Assembly: GCA_903813345.2 (NCBI GenBank)
Contig: CAIIXF020000001.1
Coordinates: 40,672,001-40,736,000 of the forward strand
Source: Owenia fusiformis
Lineage: Eukaryota
DNA length: 64,000 bases
Direction of reading: 5' to 3'
Below, one piece after another: positions 28,455-40,093 of the stretch (position 1 is the stretch's first letter; the number at the start of each line of letters is the position of its first letter). Under the pieces are notes generated by a model. It was not told where the DNA came from. It did not search any database and saw nothing but the letters and a program-made list of their open reading frames with translations. The translations under genes and the position numbers were made by a program.

Positions 28455-29263
28455 GTAAGACATATTATAGTAATACTTTAAATATAATTGTTCAGTTTAA
28501 GATGTTATAATATATAAGAATCTTTCTTTTTTGAACATTTAACTTCATTCGGTTCTGTCATTATCATTGTGATAATTTAATTGGTCTACTTTTGACATGC
28601 TCAGTAAATTAGTGTTATTACTTTAAGGGTATAATTAGTATCTCAGTTGAAATTCTGCCACATTTAAGGGAAGGGTTTGTTTTTGGTATGAGTGTAGCTT
28701 ACAATTATTCGAAAAACCATTTCACTGGATGAACAATATCTTGCGACCAAATCTTGAGTTGCAACAGTTCCAAAAACCAACCTCAGGAACATAAAAAACA
28801 TCCCACATTGATATTCCAATATGACGAAGGAAAGAGAATGTGTAGTAAGCCTGAGAGGAATTTAGCCCAAATTTTTATTTTTTCGATATGTCTCAACTAT
28901 GTTATGACATGATAATGGAATTACTTCCATTCCTCTGACATTTTGATGTTGATGTAAGAAATGCTTGTGAACCCTCACATACTTTGGTATCAATGTTTAA
29001 TGATGATAATGAATAAATAGCAAAAGGGGCAAAATTATTATCACAAATATAATGACAGAATTATTTCTAGTTAAGTTGTTTCAACTAAATCTTAGGTTTA
29101 GTTTGTAATAAGAATGTATTAGTACCTAAAGTTAATCTTTATGAGCATGTCTCAATGTTACTTCATGACTATGTAATCTCAATGGTTCACATTCTAACCT
29201 ATACTTAAGATAATTAAGTCTTACAATGTTATTTTTATGTTGGTGTACAGAAACTAAGATAAG

Positions 29264-29464
29264 ATGTCGAGCCTTGGAACTCAAAAGAAGCTGGTGGAGC
29301 AGCTCCGCGTTGAGTCATCTATTCAACGAACCCGTGTGTCTGAGAGTCTCAGAGATATAATGGCATTCATTGAAGGAAATCAGGATAACGATGTGCTCGT
29401 TCATGGCTTCCCAACAAAGAAAGACAACCCATTCCAGGAGAAGTCATCATGTGCGATACTTTAG
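29264..29464 (+). CDS. GNG: Heterotrimeric G protein gamma subunit (GGL domain), copy 1
   Basis: 66 aa with the family motifs KKLVEQLRVE, R.RVSE...D, D.L..G, NPF and C-terminal CaaX CAIL (geranylgeranylation type). Acceptor TACAG ends at 29250 and the start context is aagATGt. Downstream AATAAA at 30340, 30646, 31241 and 31837/31856. Confidence 0.95.
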   Translation: MSSLGTQKKLVEQLRVESSIQRTRVSESLRDIMAFIEGNQDNDVLVHGFPTKKDNPFQEKSSCAIL

Positions 29465-32017
29465 TTGGAACTCGGAGAGATTTTGAAGCCCAAAGACTTT
29501 CATATTTTTTACCTGGATATTAAAGAAACTTTGAGTTCTGATGGATCATGAAATATTATCTGAATTCATACAGGTTATTTTTGATTCATTGACCAGAAGA
29601 CACTGGCATAATTTTTGTTCCCGATTTGTTATTCTTTGAAGTATTAACATGATAATTAACATGGTTTTTTAGCAGTAATAATGTAGCTAATTTATCTAAC
29701 ATTTTGAAATTCCAAGATTTTTTTGCCTTTTTTCAGTATTTAAATTCAGACTGTTGTTTTTAGTAGTAAGTAAATTGACAAGTCATTTTAGAACTTTGCT
29801 TAGTTTTTTAGAGAATTTGGGATCATGAGCTGCACTGATATACAAAATTTTTGTTAATTTTTTCCAAACCAAGTAGGGTTTTGGATCAAATCATGGAAAG
29901 ATATTTGCACATCAGAGCAGTTCTTATTTTCCTACCAACTGATATAAAACCAATGAATTCCTAAATTACATTTAGATTGCTTTGAGTATTAGGATATTAT
30001 ATAACATCATAAACATAATACAATTTCTCAGAGGAATTTGGTAAAATTGGTTTAATTTCAGGAAGCAAGTTTTGTATCATATATCTAAAACCTAAGTTGC
30101 CTTTACATCAAATTCAATTTATTTGACTGAATAATGTTATTATCAACCATTGTGTCTTTTTGTTCGGGGCTAATGCTTTTTATCTCCCATACCAGATTAA
30201 AGCATACTTAAAATGCCCAATGTGATCCTACACTAGATACATTTACTGTGTTTTAATGCGTCAATTTACTCAAATTTACCAACTGGTATTGATTCTTATT
30301 AGATTCTATTACAAAAAGTGTTTATTTAGTTCAGACATCAATAAAACAGAACATTTATATGGAAACTGGTATTCCATTCTTCCTCAGAGTATGTTCGAGT
30401 TTTGTTTTAAAAAATTAAAATGTACATAAAATATAGTAATATAGAAAGACACAAGAGGGTAGGGTAGGGTAGAAAATGCATATAATAGTGGCAATTATTT
30501 TGCAATGGAATATATTATTATACATTGTTGACAAGATGGCTGTTAAGTGTATGTTTTGTTTAAGTGTCAATTCATGTTATTATTTGCTGGTATACTGCTT
30601 CCTAGAAAATAGTACACATGACACATGTCAATTAATATTGTGTTTAATAAATTGTTCATAATTGTTCATTACTCACCTGACATGTTAATCTTTTATATAT
30701 AGATCACTAATACCATATGATATAATGTAACCCCCCAACCTTCTCTGCTTCTTATCATCGGTATGTTAGATGAACGGCTGTATTGTTTTACTGCTGAATA
30801 AGACCAAAAGATTCGTAGGAACAAATCTTTGAGTTATAAGATGAGATATGTTTTTAATACCACAATTAACAGTATATAATCACTCATTAATATGATTGAT
30901 GAATCATTCATATGATAAAAAACATATATTATCTTGAAATATTTTTGAATTCACTAATTAGCATAATAACAAGGACTAACATTGCATCAGTATATGAAAA
31001 TCTCATTTGTACATTTTTCTTAAAACAATTTTCATTAATAATTGTATCTATTGCTACATTCCATTTACATGATTGTTCATGATACTACTGATATCAATTG
31101 CCAGACATCCTCGCATATATCTGCCTTTTGCTTTTTTCTATTGAATTCACTCATATTTCTGTATATGCTTGTAGTCTGTATGCGCTGCTATTGTATGTTG
31201 TGTGATGATCTGAAATTAGAGTTTCACATTCATTATTGAAAATAAAAAACAGTTTCATGCCATTACTCCATGTAGAATTGAAGTCAATATACATGTGAAA
31301 GCATATATGTACTGCATTGTCAATATTATACAGATCACCAAATGCAGGGCTCCGGCTAAAGGCTGACCCAGGGGTCACTCCCAGGTTGCTTTTGCTATAG
31401 ACCATTCATCATTAGTAGATAGTAGGAATTTTGGCCAGCTGGTCTTAAGTCCTTTGCTTGATCCCTGCTTTTACAATACACATAGTCAGGAATTTGATTC
31501 TGATTTTGAAACGCAGGCTTGGAGTTTTTTTCTCATCAAAGATCAAATAATTCCTTATTGTTGATTTGTTACAATAAAAATGTAGTCAGACTGAATCCTG
31601 CTGATATATACTAGTGTCTTTTATATGGCAAAATATAGCAAGGTTTATTAGAAAAATAATTTGAATTTTACATTGAGGAATGACTTCCTGCTTGATTTAT
31701 AGGATTTTCATTGATAAACTCATTTTCTTCCACCACATCAGGACTGCCTTGATTGAAGCCTCAGAGTTACATATTTTTGGAGTTGTAAATTATATGCATA
31801 TATGGTTGGTCAAGTGTGTACTGTACATTAATGTAGAATAAATGGTGTATTGTGTAATAAATAACAATTTCTTTTCTGTCATATTTTATTGATGAATTTT
31901 TATTGACTAAAACATAACATTGGGTTTACGTATTTTAAACAGCAGTTTCTTCAGCCATTGATATTTTCATTTTCAACATTCTCCCAAAATGTAAATGTTG
32001 CAAAAATCATATTTTAA

Positions 32018-32809
32018 GGTTGCCAATAACACTGTCTATTTTTTCATGAAGCCAATCAGTAAAATTATGATTTCTCTGCATCCTGATGTCTAATCAAGAT
32101 CATTCGAGTATCTATGTGTTCCTGACAACCTTGGACATCTGGAAATGACAACGTCTACCCACAGTTTGCACTCCATATTGACATGATTTACGACTGAAAT
32201 CAGGAAAACAGAAGGGTGTGATGTTCTTTCAGAATTGCTTATAAAAACTATTTACAAAAATGTTCCCGAGACACAAATCCATTTAGGTAAGGGTTTGTTT
32301 TAAAGTCAGAAACCCCCAATGAGACAATACAAAACCAGAGAAATCCTGGAAGACTGCAGATTTCATGCTATGTTTTACGTTCATTTAAACAATTAATGTA
32401 CATCTAATCCCTATATAAAACACTGGCCTACATGGCAAGTATTAAGTAATATAGGACTTTTTCAATAAGGCATTTGCTTCCGTCTTCTGTATACCGCTCT
32501 GCCTGCTTAATAAGATAATTAATCTTCAAATAAAACCTTACCCAAGTAGATTAGAGTCTCTCGAACACTTTTTTAAATAGTTTTCACAAGCAATTTTGTT
32601 TATTTATCTCAAATTTCATCTTCCCGATTTCAGTCATGAATTACGTCAATATAGCTTGCAAACTTAGGGTGGGCATTGTCATTCCCTGATCCCCAAACGT
32701 GTCAGGAACACATAGATACTCAAATAATCTTGATTGGACATCAGGGTGCAGAGAAATCGTAATTTTACTGAATGGCTTCACGAAAAAATAAACAGGGTTA
32801 TAAGCCACA
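32018..32809. mobile_element. Foldback MITE with ~290-bp imperfect TIRs, TTAA-flanked (Kolobok-like)
   Basis: Arms ~32018-32305 and ~32525-32809 are reverse complements (e.g. GAGTATCTATGTGTTCCTGACA / TGTCAGGAACACATAGATACTC). TTAA lies at 32014-32017 and 32810-32813. Confidence 0.8.
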
Positions 32810-33814
32810 TTAACAGGAAGTCTAGAACAAAAGCCTTAGATGGCAGTGTTTAATTTTGGCTCAAATTATCTTTTAAGTGTCACTTTAATATCACTGCTTA
32901 TGTTTATTAATAACGATTTGTGGCATTTAATCATCATCTTTATTGCAGAATTAAATCTTATATCTTGATGAAATACCAAAATTATGTATATTTCTATTAT
33001 CATGTCAAATACAAAATAACTACCTTTTTCAACTTTATTGAATTTCTAAATTTAAATAGATTTTTACTTCATCACAAACTATGGATCTGGTTTCACATTC
33101 AACAATAAGTAGGTAAGAAATTGTGTTCATGCCACAAAGAAATATATTCACATCCGGTAACTTAACCTAAAAGAGATACAATGGTTGTTTTTTGCTAAAA
33201 GCAATTCATGATTGGATTATCACTGATGAATAATCGCTTTAGTTAATGTTATTAAAGGAACCATATGTTTGCTATAGCTAGACAAAAATATAATGATCAG
33301 AAAAATATTGCAATTGATTCAATAACAGTAGATATATCTAGTAACATATTTGTCGCAGTTTTGATTGAAAGTTTCCTCTAGGGAAATAAAGATGTAGATT
33401 TGCAAGACTCTGTATGTTCATAACTTCCCTTTACAGGAAACCATATATTGTTATCTCAGTGTAGGGGATATACAGTATAGACAAGCTGATATTCATTCAT
33501 CATTCTATCTGTTTGATACTGCATATGATTGAAAAAGTTCATATTTCAATTTATTTTGCTGTGTGGTGAAAAATGTGTACCTGATGTCATTCAAAGTGTG
33601 TTTATACTTCACCATTGATCTTACCAAAATTGTAAAATGTTTTCCTAAATACAGATAACATTGGTTATTATCTCATCTGTCCAAGGGCCGTAGAATATCT
33701 ATTAGGATTGTCTTGTGTAAAACGTTGATTCGTAATGTCATAAATCAAGAAACAAGGCTTTTGTATTTGAAAAACTCATCAAAAATATATTCTTTTTCTC
33801 GACTACTAAATATA

Positions 33815-35115
33815 CAGGGTGGTCCAAATAATGGGACACTCATATTTCAAAAATAAATCTTGTTGATTTTATTGATGAATACATCATGTTATATACCAGT
33901 AAATAGGGAATTCTATTATATTTAATTTGGTATATCATAAGTTCAAATTCATTATAATGCCTGTCAACCAGCGTCTATAATATAAATGATGTCATTTTTT
34001 TCAAAACTGTTTTTCAAAAACCAAATTTTTTATCAACATAATAGATGTTCCGTTTGTTCACCATTTTTATATCAATTATAGCCCTCATTCTTGGCATAAA
34101 CTTGTTGAGAGCATCATTGATTCATTGATATGCTTTTGAAATAATGAATTTCACTGCTCAACAATTCTGTGCTTAAGGGACTGAATAGATAGAGGGGTTC
34201 TTGATATAGCCAAGAAGAATTGTTCAAACATATCAAGACAGCTCTTAGAAGACTGGAAACACCCCTGTTTGTGAACATTTTTGAATCATATCATCGTAGA
34301 ATTGAGGCTGTTCAAGCTGCTTGGGGGAAACATTCAAACTATTCAAAATGTGAAATATGGCCATCACTAAAAATGCTCAAAAAAATTTGGAATCATATCA
34401 CTCTGAATTCTTGTGTGTGATCAGCAAATTGAATTCCCTTTAAGATGATATGTTATTTCTAAATTTAAAAGTTAAGGGGAGAACAGACCTATTTGACACC
34501 CTGTACTAAGTTTCATTGGTCTATTTCTAATGGCCATGATTTTTAGGCCATTTTAAAAAACATGCTCCAAATGCAAAAAATCACTTGATATGAATCGAAT
34601 CGATACGAACCCCACTCTCAGAAAGATGACTTTTTTTCCATAATCAATGAATCGCACATTTATACTAGGTATTTGATGAGTGTACATACTATATTCTGTT
34701 ATTTGATTGGTTTGTTGAAACTGTTGCTGTCATGCAAACCCCCCCCCCCCTTTCACTAAAAAATTGAACGCCTTGATAAATCCTGGCTACATCCTTTGAG
34801 AATCATTTTAGAGTTGAAACAAGAGATAAGAAGGATGATTAGAGATGTTTGTGAGCATGTACCATGGAATCATGTGGTACCATGGACCATGTGGTAATCA
34901 GAACAAATTCAAATTAGCCTCCACAGATGAAAGCGGCATTTTGAGGATGTTTTGTAAAATAGCCATAAGATTGTGGTTATTTGAAATAGACCAATGAAAC
35001 TTGGAAGAATAAAAGATCATTGAACAAAGTTTAATTGTGCTAAATATGATTCTAAACCATGCTTAGTGACTTGGTTATAACCATTTCTTTGGGTTCCATT
35101 TTTTGGCTCGCCCTG
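33815..35115 (+). mobile_element. Decayed Tc1/mariner element with transposase C-terminal remnant
   Basis: Left end TA|CAGGGTGGTCCAAATAATGG. A matching right end CCATTTTTTGGCTCGCCCTG ends at 35115, and another CACCCTG|TA end lies at 34503. The ORF at 34220 contains NIFESYHRRIEAVQAAWGKHSNY, like the Tc1 C-terminal 'SMPRRI.AVI.A.G..TKY'. Confidence 0.65.
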
Positions 35116-35759
35116 CACTCCCACATCATCACATACCGGTATGTTGCATATTGCAGTTTGTATCAAAAACATTCCAGTTTCTTCGAAACTTACCTGGCAG
35201 AGAAGCATCAAAACATAAGAGCCCACACATATGATAGCCAAAATATACATTCAAAGTTGTTTCTGGAATTATGAAGCTGACTGTATTTGTAGTTGATACT
35301 GTGTATTAATGATGTCACATATGCCTAACTCATTTAAATTTGGAAGAAATAAATCATAGTGGCACCATGTTATGGTAATAAATAAAACCATAATACTTCA
35401 GCTTCCCATTGACTCAAGTACAATTGCTTCACAGGGTATTTTTATAATGCTGTCTCTTATGCCATCTTTTATAAAAAGAACAAATTTTTCCTTTTAATCC
35501 ATATAATATATTAGTAGCTCACATCATTTATATTTCCTTTGGTTTAGCACAAACTATAATGTAGTGTAATCAGCCTTACCTTTGGTCGGAATTTGCCCAA
35601 AAAAAGTCCCAAAAATATTTCAGTTTGTTTTTCTGTTTTATTTGCCAGATAGCAGTATGACATCTACTACCACTACCACGCTCTCTGTTTTTTGTGATGG
35701 TGGTTGGTGGTTGGCATCTGTAACAAATTCTAAAAACTTTCAATAACTTAAAAAATACT

Positions 35760-36200
35760 GTTTAGACTGACTTCAATTATTTTCAAAATCACCTACAAGT
35801 TCTCGGAAGATCAAATCTGACTTTAGATGTGAGATTTGAGCTTCAGTGATCCTCTCAAGGTCAAACAAGAGTCGAAAGGTATTTTTCAACTTGTTTCAAA
35901 ATCATCTCCATGATATCAGAATTTCAAATCTGACTAGATTTGAAATTTGACCTTTAATGAACATTTCAAGATCAAAAAAGGTCAAAAGGTCTTTTTTCAA
36001 CTTGCTTCAAATTGGCTCGATATTTTTCAAAATCATATACAAGATCTCAGAAATTCAAATCTGATTTTTAGATTTAAGACTTGACCTTCACTTACCCTCT
36101 CAAGGTTAAAAGGTCAAAAAGGTATTTTTTCAAATTGCTTCAAACTGACCAATTTTTTTCAAAATCATCTACAAGTTCTCAGAAGTTCAAATCTGACTAA
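35760..36200. repeat. Degenerate tandem array (~120-135-bp units)
   Basis: TTTCAAAATCATCTACAAGTTCTCAGAAGTTCAAATCTGA-like and GGTCAAAAGGT-like blocks recur at ~35780, 35895, 36025 and 36158. Confidence 0.7.
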
Positions 36201-36532
36201 GATTGAATGATATTGTGAGCAACTATGGTGGTGACGTTAATGTCTTGTATGAATTATGGCATCAGCTTTTCAAAAGGGTGCTGACCCTTTGATACTCTCA
36301 TGGACTTTCAGACTGGATTTTGTCTGTCCAACATCATGATCATTTGAGGCTGAATGCTCTATGTATTTCACACTTTAACTATTCAATCAAGCAATTTGAT
36401 TTAAAGACAATCAATTTAATCATGTTTGAAATTGATATTCAATTGAACAATTATTAGACTTGTCAAATAATGCAAATTTATTTTGAATATTTTCCATATT
36501 TTTGTCTTATAGCTCATCTCTGATCATACAAG

Positions 36533-36739
36533 ATGTCTGCCACTGCAAAAGAAGAAATGAGGAAGGTTGTGGACAATTTAAGGTATCAGGCCAAGTACAA
36601 GGCATCAGGATCTGTGCATAAAAGTATCAGTGAGCATATTGATTTCATCATGAAGACTCAAGGTTCAGATGGTCTTGTGATGGGCATCCCCAAGAAAAAC
36701 AATCCCTTCCAAGAGAAGAGTGTCTGTGCTGTCCTTTAG
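36533..36739 (+). CDS. GNG: G protein gamma subunit-like, divergent copy 2
   Basis: 68 aa with RKVVDNLRYQA, D.LV.G and NPFQEKS (shared with copy 1) and CaaX CAVL. Acceptor TTTTTGTCTTATAG ends at 36512, the start context is aagATGt, and AATAAA lies at 36880. Confidence 0.88.
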   Translation: MSATAKEEMRKVVDNLRYQAKYKASGSVHKSISEHIDFIMKTQGSDGLVMGIPKKNNPFQEKSVCAVL

Positions 36740-38004
36740 TCATACAATTGGGAAAATCACCATTCTCTCTGCAGTGTTTAATGCATTACATTTGCACCTG
36801 AGCCATGTGTGTTACCACTGGTTCTCTATATACTTAAAAAGTCTATGACATTCCTATAGCTCAATATGTAATTGTTAATAATAAATACATATTTATTACA
36901 AATCGTTGATAGTTATTAATCATTATTGTCAACAGAACTGATTTCAGACATATTTTACATCAGTGACTTTTGGTTGCCCAATATGCGGCTTGTTGGTTCA
37001 GTCCATGCAATGGGGGATATCTGTATATCAACTCATAAGAATAAGACAAAACTGATCGAACAAAATCCAGTGAAAATGTCAGTGAAAAAACACTAAAGCT
37101 ATCCTTATTATGATACGTGGAGATAACTGATCCACTGTTAAAAGACTACAGAGGAAGACAATAGACAAAATTACATGCCTGTTTTGCTGTTGGTAAGATG
37201 TTAATAAAGTCACAGATTAATATGGAATCAACATTCACACTGTCATATAATTGGCATTAGCAACAGAGGTAAGTCTATGCTATTATTTTACTTAATGTTG
37301 AAAAATTAATTTAATTTTTGGCATATTCAAAGGATGATACCTCCTTTGAAAATGATTTAAATATATGAATAGTTTCATTCCATGAAGTTCAAAGTATTGA
37401 ACATTTAAGGCCATGACTAAAGACTACTCTAGTGGGTACACATGTGTATATTTAAAATTAAATTATTTGTTCAGATTTGTTTTCTAGTGATGTTGGTGGT
37501 ATCATCATATTAAAGGTTTGGGAGCTTATATGCTGCATGATGGATCATACAAGAAAACCAGTGAGGTTCCTCCTTCTTCACACTGTTTAAAGGGTAAGAA
37601 TTGCTATTTCTGCTACTGTTCTACATGTTATACAAAGAAAGGAATGGAGGAACAATCAAATGACAAACAATCCAAGTATGGTATATCCACTGGTTAAACC
37701 AGCAGTCTTAGCCCCATTGCATAAATTTCTTGATTCACCTGGCATTATCTATATTTTCAGATGATCTGTTTAGTTGTGATACCATTTGTCAGGATGGAAC
37801 ACAGGAAACAAGTGACAGGTATTTTATAATTTCAATAGTTTTTATTGTAAGAACCATATTTAAAGGGAATTACCACATAATTAACACAGTATGGTTAATA
37901 TTACAATGTTCTCATCATCTAAGAACTGTGCCTTTTTGATTATGGTATAATAATGTTCATTTTATACATATGATTATGTATACATTTTGATCGAGAGTAC
38001 AAAC

Positions 38005-40093
38005 TTACATCACATGGAACTTTTTCTTCCCTAGTTCAAGTTTAAGATCCCTCCAAAATCTTTGTTGTTTTCCATCTTCCTCACTCCATTTTAGACAAAC
38101 ATTATTTCTCACCATAAGTCTGAGTTCCCCTGACATCTCTTTCTGTGGAATATTCTCCATCAGTATCACTATGAGAGTGTGTCGCTTGCTCTGGCTCAGC
38201 ATATCAATGGCTGCATTCATTTCAAATTCGTTCCAGCCCTCTTTCATCCAACCCCGTGTGACCAAGAAGATTATGTGGCGACTACGATCCATGTGGGTCA
38301 TGATTCCACTAAAGTATGATTCTTGGCCTGGGATAATGTTATCATCATGTATCAATGAGAAGTCCAGATCCCCTTCACACAGTTCTCGTGTCATAACCTG
38401 ATTTACCCAGATTCTTTTCTCTGAATGATAACTAACAAATGCATCATAGATTTCTTCATCATTGGCAGGGATTACATGGTTATGATGCTTAGCTTTCCAT
38501 ACCATTCTTTTGTATTTAATATCTTTCCAGAAATATTTTAATAATGTCGCTATCAGAATCACTGTTATAAGAAAACAACTGCCAGAAATAGCACATAGTT
38601 TTATGAAAAAATCTTTGTTACATTCTAGCCATGTTATTTCAAAATGGAGAAGTTTTTCTTTTATTCTTTTATTTGGTGATTTGCAAAATTCATCATATTC
38701 AAGGTTGCGATAATTGTTGTATTTTAACCAATTTCTAAAAGGTCTGATTTCACAATTACATGCCAGCAAATTGTTATCTATTTTGACTTCAATGACGAAA
38801 GCATTAAAGATATTAGCAAAAGCATTGCCATCTATTGATTGAATTGCATTTTGAGATAGATCTATTAGTGCAATGTCCCCTTGATTCTTGAATAAATCAC
38901 TTTGAACATGTGTTATTCTGTTTCGGTTTAAAAAAAGTTTGTTGATGTCTGAATTTTGAAACATGCATGTTGGCAGTGCTGTGAAAAAGTTGTCTTGCAA
39001 ATACAAATGTGTAACTTTAATTCCCCAAAACAAGGAACACAGTTTTTCACTTGATAGTTGGAACATCAAATTTCCTGATAAATTTATATCTGTAAAAGTA
39101 AATGGTCTACCACTTTTTCCTAGTAAATCCAAAACCTGTGAATAGTAATTTGGAATAAAAACAAATCCCATGTTTGCTAAACTTAATGATTTCAACTTTG
39201 TTAGATTGCCAAAAAGAAAAAATACTCTATGGGTATTTATTTTTGATATTTCAAGAACTATAAGATCCATTTCATTAAGATCAATAATCGCAAGTTGCTT
39301 GTAATAGACCTCTGGCATATCTGCAATAATCATTTGGTTAAGTTTTTTTAGTGGTTTTAATGTAAAGTGTGATATATACATAAAGTTAGATATCCTCAAT
39401 GCAATTAAAGAGTCAACATGCTCAAATGCATCCCCCTCGAATGTCTCGATTGTGTTATCTCCTATTTGGAGTTCTGCCAAGCTTGAATTTTGAAGAGGTT
39501 GTAGTATGCTCGCTGTGAAACGCTCAATTACGATACCACATCCATTTAGGAGTAAACTGCGTACTGTTTTATTTTGTAGACTTCTCAACAATGTTTGAAA
39601 GTTATAATTACGAAAGTTTGTGTTCCCATCAAAGTCTAAATTTCTTACATTGACATCCTGAAATATATTTTGTTCAATATACTTTATATCATTGTCCTCA
39701 AGATGCAGTGACAACATAGATGCATTTTTATATGGCAGTATATCATTTTTTGATATCTCTTTGATTGTGTTTCCCCCCAGGCGAACTGTCAGATAATTCA
39801 ATTGAGGGAGAACTCCCTCAAATTTGATTTTTGATATCTTATTGTTAACCAGATAAAGTTGTCGCAAGCTGGGAAGGTGTGAAAGTATAAATGCTGGGAT
39901 TTTTGTTAAGCCTATATTTTCCAAATATAGACTCTCAACATTTTTAAGATATCGGAATGTTTCATGATATTTCACAAGACTTTCATGATGTGCCACCAAG
40001 GTTTGTAACTTTGGGATTGGTCGAAATGTATCATTTTCCAACTTTATAATTTTCCCTAAAGTTAAGGTTTTTAACTTTGGTATATGACTTAGC
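38005..40093 (-). CDS. TLR: Toll-like receptor, main part (LRRs, LRRCT, TM, TIR), downstream of frameshift
   Basis: Multiple LxxLxLxxN repeats and an LRRCT NNLLACNCEIRPFRNWL...C..P...C (~38775-38615). TM segment LCAISGSCFLITVILIATLL (~38600-38535). TIR domain with YDAFVSY, IIPG, SRHIIF, W.EFE and FW..L (~38450-38020). A minus-strand AATAAA lies at 37846-37841. Confidence 0.95.

Noticed and set aside
31345..31468. CAGGG...CCCTG MITE-like segment in G-gamma 3' region
   Set aside because: The TIR match is poor and there is no flanking duplication, so it is not counted among the 5-bp-TSD elements.
38171..39145. + strand ORFs overlapping the TLR
   Set aside because: Antisense shadows of the TLR coding sequence.
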